Shown here: in pieces, positions 14,201-26,361 of the stretch
How positions within the stretch are numbered: the stretch's first letter is position 1
How the letters are laid out: each line of letters begins with the position of its first letter
From: Phoronis australis
Lineage: Eukaryota; Animalia; Phoronida
NCBI GenBank assembly: GCA_002633005.1
Contig: NMRA01000952.1
Span: 1 to 64,000 of the forward strand
DNA: 64,000 nt
Direction of reading: 5' to 3'
Translations under genes and position numbers: made by a program
The notes under the pieces: generated by a model
Database searches by the model: none
The model's input: the letters and a program-made list of their open reading frames with translations, nothing else
What the model was told of the DNA's origin: nothing

Positions 14201-17200
14201 TAACCAGATACAACTATGAAAAGGAAAATGTTAGATTAATATAATACATTTTTCAATCAGATAAAGCAAATGCAATGTAGAAGAGGAGATGTTAAACATG
14301 TACATGTACATGTAGATAAATCATTGCACTTTACCGAATTACCTCACGAGAACGCCAACGTCGCACTGTTGAGATACTTTGATCTCTCGCCCAAAATATA
14401 ATTGGAAGGAACGCAGTGAAGTGGAAGCATCCGAAGTCACCCTACATAAATCCCTGACTGACCAAACTTCGATTCCCGTTACAGCCACACGTATGCCAAT
14501 ACCGACGAAGATCTGTCAAAAGATGACAGATTTAGTGAACTGATCAGGGCAAAAGACTGACTAACTGGTGACAAAATGACATTTTTAGTGAAATGATCAG
14601 GGTGAAAAACTGAACATCGGGTGATAAAATCAAAGTGAACTGCTCGAGTTATTGATTAAGAGCAATAAGGGAACAGCGTCTTTCAAGAGGCTACAGTAAG
14701 ATGGACAACGGCGGTGAAATGAGTGATCCCGGGGACAAAAAAATGGCATCCAATCTAATGTGTCAAGTAGATGGCGATTGGACGATATCGCTAACCGCCG
14801 AGGTCAGAAAAGGAGACGCATCATAGGTTACATGAATAACTGTTGTACTTAATGACCACATCAAATCAGGATAAAAGATTGAGTCTGAACTCGGAAGTAC
14901 TCGAGTTTCTACATGTAACTTGAACCATAGACTACAGTACATGGACTGCGAACTACGTACATGTATATTTTCAATGGACGAAATGTGTGTGCTCTTATAG
15001 AAGCAATGACGTCATTATTCACTAGCACCACCAGGCCAAATTATCTGGTTTTATTTCCGGCAAGTATGTCGTCTGCTAATCATGGTCGGCTGTTGTGTCG
15101 TCACACACTAACCGGAAACTGAAACAGTTAATTTAGGAGATTGGAGCCTCCTCTATGATAATATGCAAAAAATGTCAGAGTTGCAAATCCATTGTCTATA
15201 ATCTGTACTCGAACTTAGAAGTCACCACGAGCGAACCTGGACTGTATTCGAGCACAGAATAACAGACATTTAATTTATCTCGATTTCATACAAAAGTTCC
15301 CGTATAAAATTTCAAACTTAATTTCGAGTTCGATTAGACGTAAAAAGTCTATACCCCTGGTTTTTAACATTCATAACAATACCAGGAGCAACTTGAAGTT
15401 AAATCATTATTTCTGCCGTCGCACGACAAAACCTCCCTTGTAAACGTAAGTTTATTCCAGTGCAAAAACTGGCACTGCTCGGCCTCAGGGACACGACACG
15501 GCGTGCTATAATCTAGACATAGCCAATTGTTAGACTAAGGTGGAATCGCACGGGCCTCAAAATCATTTTGCCGAGAGCCCCTGAAAGGAGAGAGCCAACC
15601 CTGAAGACGTGTTTCCATATTTATTTCTAGTTGCGATAAACTCGCTATACATGATTTCGATCACTTACATTCACGAAGTTGGTCTCAAATAGTTCCTTCG
15701 GAAATAGAACGGGATAGCAGGGCCCCAAAGGATCAATTGGCTTGTTATTGATTGAGAAAGTCTTTGCAGAATGGATTGTATGGGGCGTGTCAAGTCATGA
15801 GCAGAACAGTTTCTGAATAAGCAATATACCACTTCTCATCCGAGTTACATGTACGAACAAGTTGAGTGCAACTTTATAGCGGCTTGGTGTCCATATCGTT
15901 TTTCATTTGAGTTAAGGACGAATTGAGACCAATTTTACAGCGATGTTGTCACTAAATCACTTCTCATCCGATTAAGAAATAAGTTTTGACCAACTTTATA
16001 CCGGTGTGGTATTTAAATCAAATTTTCGCTTTTTGGATAGAAGACGGGTTCATTGACGCTATAAATGTTAAAGCGAAAGGAATCTACAGGTAAGTACAGG
16101 CGTATGTGTACACGTCGTTTGTCCATTGAGATTCCAGCTTATCTCTGTTGTCGACAGTACATACATGTACCATATAATGCACTACTCCTACACTCCGTCC
16201 CTCCAGCCAGGTAGTTACTTCTGTCGATTACTTTGATGACTGATGTGTCAAGACAACTTGAGAAAGAGTGGCACTATCAAATACCGGTGTTCACTTCTCT
16301 TCCCACAGTCTTGGTGACTTTGATGCCTCTTACAAACCAAGAGGCCAAATAAATGAGTGACAAAGTACACATTGGTTACATTAAAAATTTAATTAGCAAG
16401 TTTTCATTTGATTTTGTATGATACTGACGACGAATATCTTGTTAAAATATGCAAACTCACGCATTACGAAATAGGATGTAATGCAGATGGTCGAAAGTTT
16501 CAGTAGACTAATATCATCTTTCGTCAGCGACTGACACACTCTCCGCACTTTCGTTAAATAACAGTTGACTGTTCGAGGGAGGGAGGTTGAACTCTAGGTC
16601 TCGGTTCAAGGGCGTGCGCTGAGTACGTATCACAATACACTACTTTGTTCTTACGCGAGAGCCAATTAGCTCCTTTGCCACAAATGTTGAAGTTCTCCAT
16701 GGAGATGGAATGGATGCTCACGATCATGTGTTCACGAACAGCTGTAGATATTTACACAGTCTCCGATGTTTTAAGCCATAGTATCCATAGACATCACCGC
16801 CCGTGAACTGCTACTTAAAAACAAAAGTGCGACGGGAGTCTCAGTCTCTGAAGAAAGCCCATTGTTGTCGGCTGAAACATTCGACCATCTGAGTTACACT
16901 CCGCCTCCTAAGTGAGTTTGCATGTTTAAATGTGGCATCAGGAGACAATGAACAATCTCTTTTATCATATCGAATATCTTGTCTTGATCCCATCAAATTT
17001 GTGGAAGTAATCACCCTAAACCTATCGGGAAACCGTGTTGATTCATGGATTGCTACACAGAGGCCTAATTCATACGCCTTGGTCATGTCTAACCAAACAA
17101 TAGGGTGACGTATTCTCTCTGTCACCTTCACACGACGTCTTACATGCCTGAGAACGACGTTGTACTGTACGGAACCAGAGTTGTTTGGTTATCCAACCAT

Positions 17201-20200
17201 CCCTGTGCATAGTGTTTTCTTCAGCTCCAGCTAGTTGATTGCCCTGTATGTATTAAATGAAATTAAAAGCTTGGTCTCCACGGAAATAGAAACAGGCGGT
17301 CATTTATTGATTCTGATTAATCGTCTTCCTTCGGCACATGACATTCTGTCATGCATAAAACTTCGCCCTGACATGGATCGCAGCCAGGTGAGTTATAGCG
17401 TGTGTGCTAAATTCTCCGACATGAAATTATGTGAATCTTAAATAAAGGCTTATCGTTTGCATTGTGTTCCGGTCTCCTTTCTGCTGCCTTAAGGATGGTG
17501 GCGTCATTCCATGCATCATTCTTCAGTTCTTTGATCCTTCCTTTCCAGCGTCAAATGACATTATCTTCTTTCTCTGCTCACCTTCTTTTGTTGTGTGTCG
17601 TTTTATGGAATGCTTACACTTTGCACACGAAGTCGACGTGCTGTTTGGCCCATTTGCCCTTGCTTTACACTGATGGTCGAATTTCAACCCCTTTTCACTT
17701 TCTAGAAATCCTTTATCAGCCCTTTCGATGCCTTCTGAAGTGCTGATGTTTTTTCTCTTATTTGACTGTCGTAAAGGGTTCCGTCATTGATTATTTTTAA
17801 GTAGGTGCAAAACGGTTGTTTAGTCTTTTAAATATAAAGTCTAAACCTATGTTGTTTCAATATGGAGATGGATAACGAAAAGCCTAACAAAGACATGACA
17901 CATATATTGTTCAATATTGAGTAAAGCATGGCACTTACATTATTGGCAACGTTGGCCAAATTCCCCAGCCTCCTGACCACGACGTCCCTGTCTCTACCAC
18001 AACCTGTGTACTTGCGGGTATAAACGTAAAAGTTAGAGGTGACGTTTTGGCTGCACAAGAGCTCACAGTGGCAAATCAAACTACGAACTGCCAGTTCTTT
18101 ACAAGTCACTTCTCAAAGGAGTAAGGAGTCATTTGAAGCGTCAAAATTTATAGTTATTGTTAGCAACAGAAGGATTTGGACGCCAGTAAGTGACTATTAC
18201 CTATTAACGTTTACGCAAGCTGCAAGCAAGAGTTTTGTTTCCTCAGATGACTCTTTGTACAAGAGTATGGATCGACGTTTACCGCCAAATTCTTAGAAGA
18301 AATTGCCAGAATAGGGCACTGTTATCTACCAACCATAATTGCGATTGTGATACACGATTTCCTAAGTTTGTATTTTTAAACACAAAATTAACTGTGTTGC
18401 TGTCCAAAATGACTGGTTGCACTCCAAGATTCACGCACGAACTGAGGGGGTTAGCATACCTTTGGTTAAGTTGTACCTGTACTTAAAAGGATACAGAACT
18501 CTGCGACTAATTCCACTCCAGCTTCATACTGACTCTACTACTAAAGTACCTCTTGTATTTCCCTCAAACAAGACAAAAGATCCTTTCAGTAAAATACTCC
18601 CAGCTTGTGTGACTAAATAGATCCATGGAGCTCTAGTGGTGCAGTCTCCCTAAAGCCGTCGATAAACTCGCCCAAAGTGTTTGGTTATTGTAAGCATGGT
18701 AACTAGGTTTCAGATTTTTTAGGGTTAGCGAGGGTTGTTGATTATTGTTTAGTTTCAATAAGTTGAGTGAGCTGATTGTACCGTGTTAAATTCTCCAGTA
18801 TGGGTTTGTGCTATCTGGCAGCTATACAAGATTAAAATTTAAAATAGATGGGAGTTATCTAGTGATCAGCAACAGAGGATAAACGCAAAAAAGTCTTTGA
18901 TTTTCATCATTAAGCTCCTTGCTCTTGCATGTTAAGTGTGCAGCTCCGTCCGTATTTTCAAAAAATACAAGGTTGACAATTAGAATTGATACAACGTTAT
19001 TGCTAGCAGCATCGTGAAATTTGTCGAATAAGGCAAAAGGTATTTTGAGATGAACTAGTGTAACGCGATATAGATGCTCAATTAGCCTCTTACCATCGTG
19101 TGATCGGCCACTAAGCATAGCTCAATGAATCGATTGCTGTTGTTCGTTGACTCATCTACCGCACGTATCACCTGCAAGACCAACATTGGCAATGCTGAAC
19201 GTGTTCACTTGCTAGCTAAAATTTCAGTCACCAGTTTGATTCCATATCAATCCATTGGCGGATTTAAGGGGGGTCCAAGGGGGCCATGGCCCCCTTAAAA
19301 TTTCCCCGATTCCATTTGGCAGTTCGGGGTGAAAATGTGTGGAGGGCAAAATCCTGGCTGTTGCNCAACTCAAAATCCTGAATCCACATCTGTAATCACT
19401 CATATTACAAACCGGACGTCCAATTTGAGCATGACAGTTCTGTTGATGTAAAGTTTGCATGATGACCACCGCTGGTGACGTCATACAATTGGGAAAGTGG
19501 ACCGTTACGACCATCTACTCAAACTTGTCGTCACTTTTTGTATACTTAACGGTCATCTTAAAATGAACGGTTGTTAAAAAGTCTTTTCTACATTTTGAAT
19601 AAGTATCTACTTATGTAGATCATCTGCAAGGCAACAATAGACACAATCCCGACTAGTTACAAGAAAAATTAAAATGACGGTTAAAGTATAACATAGGCAA
19701 TGTCTCACCCTAGCCACAAATAAAATGACACAGAGCAACAGCGGTAGCTTGTGTGTAAGCGAATTGCTCTTCTTGAAATATAAACGCACAACGAAAACAT
19801 TGTCATCGTGCGAAACTCCCGGTCATCTATCTATTCATTGAACAAAGGTGTTTCACAAGCAATAAACAGTTTCCAATATTCCCAATATGTGGGAATCCTG
19901 TCCAAATTGTGGGAATCCTGTTCAATATACATAGGCAGCATCTCAGACCTGTAAATGACTTTGTCGTGGCACCCTCATGCTAGCTAAATCATTAAAGGTA
20001 CCCCTCCCCCCAGTTTTGATTGATTATGAATTGTCTGGAATCTAAATATACGAGTTTTATCAAAGTTTTGATTTTTTTCAACAGACATGTCTACTTTCAA
20101 TCCAGAAAATAATTTTGACTACAGTATGCGGCTTGTGGAGAGACATCGATTATAGTTTCCGTGATTATTGTCTAAGAATGCAAAATAAATGTAGGCGGCT

Positions 20201-23200
20201 TCGGGGATTTTCATTAATACTCGGATACAAGATCATTATTCGTTGAACTCGGATCTAGAAGAAACCTTAAACAAGACCAATAAGCCTAAGACGATTACCC
20301 TTTGATACAATTCTTTATAGTTGTTCCAGGTATTTTGATCCACCCCGCATGTCTTGCTGTCAGGCGTTCTTTTCACTCGATATCTGAAGACGACGTGTTC
20401 GCCGCTCGAATAATTGGATGGTTCGATGTAAAGTGGTTCTTTATCAATTATTACGCCACTAAATATAGATTGCAAAACCATTATGAAAATGAAAAAATAC
20501 TTTGCAAACTACTGGGAAAGTCTACAAGTGATTCATACTCATTTGGATACAAAGTGGTTATTTTGCAAGGTCGCTATCGGCTTGCTAAAATAGTACATCA
20601 AACATACCAACTTTCAAACAATATGAAATATATCTAAAACGTTATTGTTGTTAAGTATTGGAAATTTGTTATTGACTCAAAGGATACCAATCCCGATTTT
20701 GATCTTTGAACAGATTTTAAAAACTACTGTTCCTCAAGTTCTCTGGAGCAAGATAATACCCTGTAACCCTCGGCAATCTTCAAAAAGTTGGAGTAAAACT
20801 TTTAAAAATCCATTCAAAGTCTACTAAACGGGCAAGCGTAACCTATGCTTTGGGAGAGTTAAGTGCCGTTTACACTTATAAAGTTGACACGGATCAGCTG
20901 ACACTGAACGAGATGTTCCAGTGTGTAAACGGACTGACACCGCGGTGACAATTTTTTTTCCACCCGTTTGTGAGGTAGAGCAATTTGCGCCCGAATATCT
21001 TGCGCCGTGTCAATTATAAGTCTAAACGCGAAACTGGAGCAAAGCGGAAATGATCATCTCTACTGCGCTTGTGCAATGACCTTCATACGGGTTCTTTGTC
21101 TCTGCAACTCTCGTCATTTGTAAACCTGCCTCCCGTTCAGTAACGCTAGGACCTCACTAAAAAGCAAGACTTGGCGAGATTACGTGACATATTGCCGTGT
21201 ATTTTAAATGAGAACACGTGTTCTTGACTAGACTTTAACTAGGTCCTAGCGTAGGTCCTAACGTCTACTGAACGCCCGCCTGCGCTTGTGCGATCCAGTC
21301 TCTCCAGCCTGCAATTTCCGTCTTGCCACGGTTAGTGAGTTGTGTGTGTAAACGGCCGCTTGACACGGGTCAACTTGCTCCGTGTCAGTTGCGCCAGGCA
21401 AAAAGTTGATGTCTAAACGGGATTTTACACGACAACTGTAGGGAAAGACCACCCACCTGGAACCATACACATAAAGTACGAGTTTTTAATTGAATGCTGA
21501 TTTTATCATTCTAGTGGATGCCAAAAATGCCTTAGCGTGTAAATTAGATCGTAAATTAAATTGGTTGAAATCACAAAACAGGTTTTAGAATTGCTTTAAC
21601 ATTTGTTATCGCTACAAAGCTCGCCTAAACAAGAGTTAAACACTGGCACTTACTGAATTCTGTACAATGCAGAAGCACAGAAACTTACAATGTGCAATAG
21701 ATGTCATTGGTAAACTAACAAGAAGTCATCATATGATTCAAACTTCAAACCCCATATGGGCAGGGGCTGAAATCAACTCACCTCAGACCCCTACATGTGG
21801 TCAGCGCAACGCTGGAGTTCCGTTTTCCTAGAACGTAACCATGGTAGTAACAATTGTAGACATTCTGAAAGATTGATCTTCATTATAAGTGCTGGAGAGT
21901 GAGTATACGTCACACCGTGAAAGTCTCGTTACGCACCAGCGCTGTGGAATGAGTATCCCGACTGCCTGGTCGGCCAGTCGGGATACAGCCTTGTCGTTAT
22001 CAGTTTGACAGTGGCAAACCAATGTTTACATAGCCCAGCTGTCTTATTGTCTGCTTTCATCTGCTTCTCATGTAATCATAGCAATTATATTGTAAACAGC
22101 TATTCTGACGCTATAAGATTTTTGAAAATGCTATTTGCAAACGACTTTCAAGAAATGTCGTGAATTCGATGCGTTTTGTAGTGAAGTACTTTCACCAAAA
22201 AACTTCGATTGGAGAAAAACGGTTGACTTTCAGGCAAATTAGACTTGCTGATTCCTTTGAGTGACTGTAAGCTCTGACCACTAGCTTAACTGCAGTATTG
22301 GGTACCAACATAAAAGGCGTGGTTCACATGTTTAATTGAGCGTAATTCTAGATTAGAGGTTAGATCGTGACAGTGGAAATTTGATGTTTTTTACGCAGTG
22401 TCAAGGAGAATAGTTTGATAAACCCCAATTGATATTTGAAGTTTACCCAAACTAATAGGTCAGAATGGCGCAAACTCTTCGGAGCAGACATAAAGTCACC
22501 ACTGGTTTTACAACACGTTTTATACCATAATAACTTCAACAACAACAACGAAATAACGTTACATCGTATGACTTAGGCCTTAATTGGATTTAGCCTTGAT
22601 ATTATGCACAATTCCCGAGACAGCTCTATTTATAAATTTTGAAAGAGTCTGTCAAACGATCCAAAACTTGGCTTCTGGTACTGCGTACACTCACTCGTTT
22701 ATGAGGTTGCCATACGACCGGTGAGCCATCTCTCAAGTAGAACTTTTCCACATACTGCTTGGCAAAGATATACCTAAATGGGCACAGAATATAATTATAC
22801 TGTAGATCCGCTGGAAAAACATTGACGCTCACAAAAAGCACGAATAAAGCCGTCTGTATACATGTAGACAATGGCAAAGCCATGCCTTTTGATGTGTTAT
22901 GTTCCATACCCATTCCATTGATCAAAGGTGTGCTAATATGACGTCCGTATCCCGGCAAAGGGCAGTCGCCTGGTGGAGCGTCCACGAGTCGAGTAGAACC
23001 GCTAAACAAGATGTGGACAACTACGACATTATAAACTGATTCCACTCAAACATAACTCGACATGGAGACAACTTACGAGAAAAAGGAGAACAAGGATTGG
23101 AGTAAAGGTATGAAAACAGAAATAGTCGTTTGCTAAACTTTTTGTCGCCGGCAGATATTACAAAACAATTTCGTGATGGATTTGAAATAAAAGTACCGCA

Positions 23201-24647
23201 TGTGGAAATAATCTGGCCGGCTTGAAGCAAGGAGTGTAATGCAATAATAGGTCCCACTCCGCCACGTTGCCATTCACCGCTATGGTTATCGGCAGAAAAA
23301 CTATCGACTAAAGCGGCGAATAAACAAAACTAACTTGGCGGCGGGATTCCAAACCATGTAAACACTGATCAATTCATACTTTAACGACTTTCAACATGCA
23401 ATAAAATTACTGTGAGTAGAAAATGGGCAAAATATGTATATTTACATTCGCTTATTATGAAATGCGAATGAAAATGTGTGCCAATATTAGATTGTAAGAT
23501 TTTTGCTTTCATTTTTTGAAGCTCGCTTTAAAAGTCATGATTTTGGTTCATGTTTGTGTTTTTAATAAGGCAAATTACCGTTCCTAATTACACTTCATAC
23601 CTCCACGGACTATATTTTAGTGAATTCTCCTGGGAGTTCAGGGAGCACTTGGCCCCGGGTGCCAGCGGAAAGGGGTACATGGGAGGACTGCAAACAGGTA
23701 AAAACGGGTGTTGGCCCCTTCCAGGGGTTACATTGTGGAGTGCAAGGCAGGTAAAGGCCAATTGTGTGCCTCATGGGTTTTGGGCATCTTGGTTATTTCT
23801 ATACTTTTCATTACAAGTGTCAATCCAGAGATTTAGGCCCGGTCAATAGCGAATAGAAGCTTTCATCGACGTACTGAGGTTGCTTAACTTGGGCCAACTG
23901 GCACTTTAAAATTGTTCCGACTTTTTCACCGAGACCCACATAGTCTCTAATTAGACTTAAAGCTAGATTTGAGTCAATGTGACTGTAACTGTGGCCGTCA
24001 CCGGTCATATTGATGCATGATCATGGGTAAGTGACATTTTGACACAAAAAATGAATGACAATGAATTTGTCATAGTATTGAAAAACAAACAATCCTTGCC
24101 TTTGGGGATCCTTAAGGAACCTAAAACTGACAATTCTGGTGTTTTCGTGAATGAATTTGTGCAATTCATTGCGTTGCAAACACGTGCCTTTACCCATTGT
24201 TCCCGCGCCACATACTTGACCATTGCTTATTCGCTAGTTGGCGGCACTAGTACTAGCGATAACAGCGAACTCACACGTGAACACTCCTATCGTATTACAC
24301 TGCTTCATTTGAGTAAGAGTATGCACGTGCTGGACGAAGAAAATGCCCAAAAAGAGGTGACTACGACATAGTGTACAACACATAACAACCATTTATTTGA
24401 CAGAGCCATGCTGACAATAACACTGAAGCTTTTTACTAGTCATTCAGAGTCATAAAATTTAGCCTACTGTATATAATAGGGTGGGATTTTAATTTTATAA
24501 CTGTTCTATAATCATATCTTGAACGATTGCTCCAGGAACAAAACCACCAATAATGACATCCAACTAATTATACCTGTTGCGAGTCAAGTTCAACAGCACG
24601 TTGTGAGTAGGCAAGTTTAACTCCACCACAAGAACGTCAGAACTTTG
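2038..24647 (-). CDS. ADAM (disintegrin and metalloproteinase, reprolysin/M12B) gene, spliced; at least 10 exons; signal-peptide exon(s) and post-disintegrin exons not identified
   Basis: Exons join in phase at GT-AG sites: 24574-24647, 22695-22773, 21782-21864, 20299-20458, 19094-19171, 17939-18010, 14343-14512, 10502-10580, 3598-3740, then 2038-2223 (5' end lost at N2224). Motifs: prodomain [18 protein letters not shown], Cys-switch [26 protein letters not shown], Met-turn CVM, disintegrin [14 protein letters not shown]. Confidence 0.93.
3598..3740 (-). CDS. ADAM exon: zinc-binding site [47 protein letters not shown]
   Basis: HExGHxxGxxHD plus CxM Met-turn; TAG acceptor, GTAAGC donor; not shown in the ORF track. 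Confidence 0.95.
3790..4560 (-). mobile_element. Possible highly degraded LINE ORF2 (linker to RT start) fragment
   Basis: Scattered frame-shifted motifs: KWWTFAK..PLP, HLFNI, SLLPVVS. Confidence 0.35.
4668..5410 (-). mobile_element. Second, internally deleted copy of the 13049-14176 family
   Basis: Reverse complement of about 5040-5372 aligns by eye to about 13098-13375, and about 4915-5005 to about 13893-14045; retains [18 protein letters not shown]; TTAA|AGG end at 4664-4670. Confidence 0.7.
5770..5883. repeat. Two-copy GC-rich tandem repeat of about 55 bp
   Basis: GCGACGG.CCTGATCGGGTTCCGA.CCACT..GATAACAAG occurs twice. Confidence 0.75.
10502..10580 (-). CDS. ADAM exon (S)[26 protein letters not shown]
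   Basis: Matches the reprolysin 'F...xGxA....xC....Gx' segment; phase 2 to 0 fits both neighbours; TTTCAG/GTAATG. Confidence 0.88.
10940..11460 (-). mobile_element. 5'-truncated non-LTR retrotransposon (CR1/L2-like) 3' end
   Basis: [23 protein letters not shown]...LLLNGSPNL...N..LQ...NF C-terminal zinc-knuckle region, stop at 11196-11198, then 3' UTR and an A-rich tail at about 10940. Confidence 0.7.
11683..12404. mobile_element. MULE-like MITE with GGATTGTTCTAAAACCCC-type TIRs and subterminal GGGTCG repeats
   Basis: Near-matching 9-bp flanks TCTGCACGC / AGTGCACGC; family copies elsewhere in the window. Confidence 0.75.
13049..14176 (+). mobile_element. Kolobok-like non-autonomous element carrying a decayed P2X7-ballast/KolX-type Cys domain
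   Basis: Flanked by TTGA/TTAA with AG..CT ends; frameshifted peptide [28 protein letters not shown]....CITDHPNF at about 13375-13540. Confidence 0.65.
14343..14512 (-). CDS. ADAM exon [56 protein letters not shown](S)
   Basis: Reprolysin 'IRV.L.G.E.W..D' and 'D...L.T' motifs; phase 0 to 2. Confidence 0.92.
17939..18010 (-). CDS. ADAM exon [24 protein letters not shown]
   Basis: 72 nt, phase 0-0, GTAAGT donor, AAG acceptor; matches the first catalytic-domain helix. Confidence 0.8.
19094..19171 (-). CDS. ADAM exon [26 protein letters not shown]
   Basis: 'R.IEL..VAD' start of the catalytic domain; TTGCAG/GTAAGA; phase 0-0. Confidence 0.92.
20299..20458 (-). CDS. ADAM prodomain exon (S)[37 protein letters not shown]
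   Basis: YIEP...H.V.R and Cys-switch CGV motifs; phase 2 to 0. Confidence 0.92.
20863..21425. mobile_element. PIF/Harbinger-like MITE
   Basis: Ends CCGTTTACAC.. / ..GTCTAAACGG, internal GT(G/C)TAAACG and TGACACGG repeats, TTA/TAA context. Confidence 0.55.
21782..21864 (-). CDS. ADAM prodomain exon [27 protein letters not shown](S)
   Basis: Hallmark Pep_M12B_propep motif; TTTCAG/GTGAGT. Confidence 0.95.
22695..22773 (-). CDS. ADAM prodomain exon (R)[26 protein letters not shown]
   Basis: 'F....Y..DG' prodomain pattern; phase 2 to 0; TTTAG/GTGAGT. Confidence 0.88.
23844..24240 (-). mobile_element. THAP-domain DNA transposon relic
   Basis: Frameshifted [28 protein letters not shown] (THAP C-x4-C, FrFP.D..R) at about 24100-24197; short inverted ends CAATAGCGAATA..TATTCGCTAGTTG. 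Confidence 0.65.
24574..24647 (-). CDS. ADAM prodomain exon [24 protein letters not shown](R)
   Basis: 'L.L..N' prodomain motif; phase 0 to 2 fits the next exon. Confidence 0.8.
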
Positions 24648-24916
24648 CTGCCAAAGAGAAGACGGTGTGCATCAATTACCAATTTGACAGCATTACCAAT
24701 ATTTTGCAACTCCGGATACCGAATGTATTCGAAGGGCGTGAAACACGAAACAACTGATTTTTGTTTAGTGCAACTTCATCTACATTGTTACATAATTGCA
24801 CGAGCAGACAATTTGTACAATTTCTCCTGCAGAGTAAGTCGTGGTGTTGCCCAGCTAGCAACCAGCACTGGCTCTTCCATCCGTTCCAAACGCCGCAAAA
24901 TCATTCCAGAGTCTAT

Positions 24917-25320
24917 TAAATGCAAGCCGTTACATGCTTGCAGTTCACTTCAATATATTACTACAATACATTATACACCGTAACAGTGTTTAAAGAGTCC
25001 TACGTACGTTTCACAGTGCCCACAATGAGAGGAACTTTTCTTTGAGCAAAGAAAACAAGTATGAAGTAGCGAGTCCTAAGAGTTCTGGGATAGCGGTACC
25101 TTCATCTGAGGTTGTCATTTTGAAAATTCGGCGCAAAATACAGAAGCCGTTAGTCTCAAAGCTGAATATCAGCGAAAATCTTGGCGACAAGAGTAAACAT
25201 AGACTTGATCCTGGAGCGCACTGAAAAACGCATGTAGGACTTGTTGAAGAGTGTTACGGCGTTCTAATGTATTGTAGTAATATATTGCAGTGAGCTGCAA
25301 GCATGTAACGGCTTGCATTT
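24917..25320. repeat. Inverted-repeat element with about 57-bp arms (MITE-like)
   Basis: AAATGCAAGCCGTTACATGCTTGCAG..TACTACAATACATTA at about 24918-24973 is mirrored at about 25265-25320. Confidence 0.7.
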
Positions 25321-25324
25321 TTTT

Positions 25325-26361
25325 TACAATTAAGATAGTCGACTGGGTCAGTCTGAAAGCCAAAATCAGAAAAAAGCAACGCAACCAAATCAAACCAATT
25401 AGACCTACCAGCGTTAAAAATGTCGTTCGAGTGTAATCGTCTCGTCTGTTCTTCAGTGAATGGTACATGGGAGAATGCAAGAAATCAACAAATATGCAAT
25501 TTCTTCGGAAAATACAGTTTGAAAAACAAACTGTTAACTGCAAAGTGCCTCACCGTTACATGGAGTATATTACAAACGAGTATACACCAGAAAGCAAACA
25601 AGAAAAAATGTAAAATTATGTTAACGTTGACTAATCTCTCCGTAAGTTTAGTAGAACAAGGCAATTGGTAGCCGCTTGTGCAATTATTTTCGTGACAGCT
25701 ATAATACCCTCATAATCTACACTCTTTCACAGTACTACGAAAGGTGGCACTGTGGATTGTTGTTTAGCATGGCTTTTCTTGGTTACAGTAATGAAACCGA
25801 CCTCATAACATTCAGTCATTCAATTGGTTGAAATCTCGGAAACATCATTTCAGTTTACTGTTACGTAGTATGGCGATCTCCTGTGACTTGAATAGTTGTA
25901 ATTTATAAAAGCAGCAATGATCGAAGTACACAAAATCATCAAAGAAACCCCGATCCAGTGGCTTAAGCCCAAACAAGTTTAGTGCATAGAGGGCATGTGC
26001 AAGTGGTGGCGATGTGATCGGTAATCTTCCGACCAAGCATGCGCATTGATGCCCACACACGGGCCACTTTTCAGTATAGGCGGCATTGTGTCAGAGGGTA
26101 CCTCATAATTCGCTGTTTCAGATCAGGTTCTTACGCCACTCTCTGTTTTTAACCACCAGACTTGAGCCAGAGCAGATTTGCGTGAAATCAGGTCTGATGT
26201 GAAAGTCACTCATCGACGTAATATGGTTATGAAATGTGTAAAAAGAGCAAAGATAGATACATGTATTGCCACAGTTCGTGGGTCGAGGGGGTCGTGGGTC
26301 ATGGGGCTGTGGGTCGAAAGGGTCGTGGGGTGTGGGGGTCGAAGGGTTTTTAGAAAAATCC
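25325..26361. mobile_element. Truncated copy of the same MITE with a nested insertion at about 25717-26100
   Basis: Family sequence is interrupted at a duplicated CCTCATAAT (25708-25716 / 26101-26109); the insert has imperfect TIRs TACACTCT..AGAGGGTA. Confidence 0.7.

Noticed and set aside
24680-24912. Candidate upstream ADAM exons (FEYIRYPEL..; MEEPVLVASWATPRL..)
   Set aside because: No donor gives the required phase 0 without an implausible 32-51-nt intron; left unresolved.
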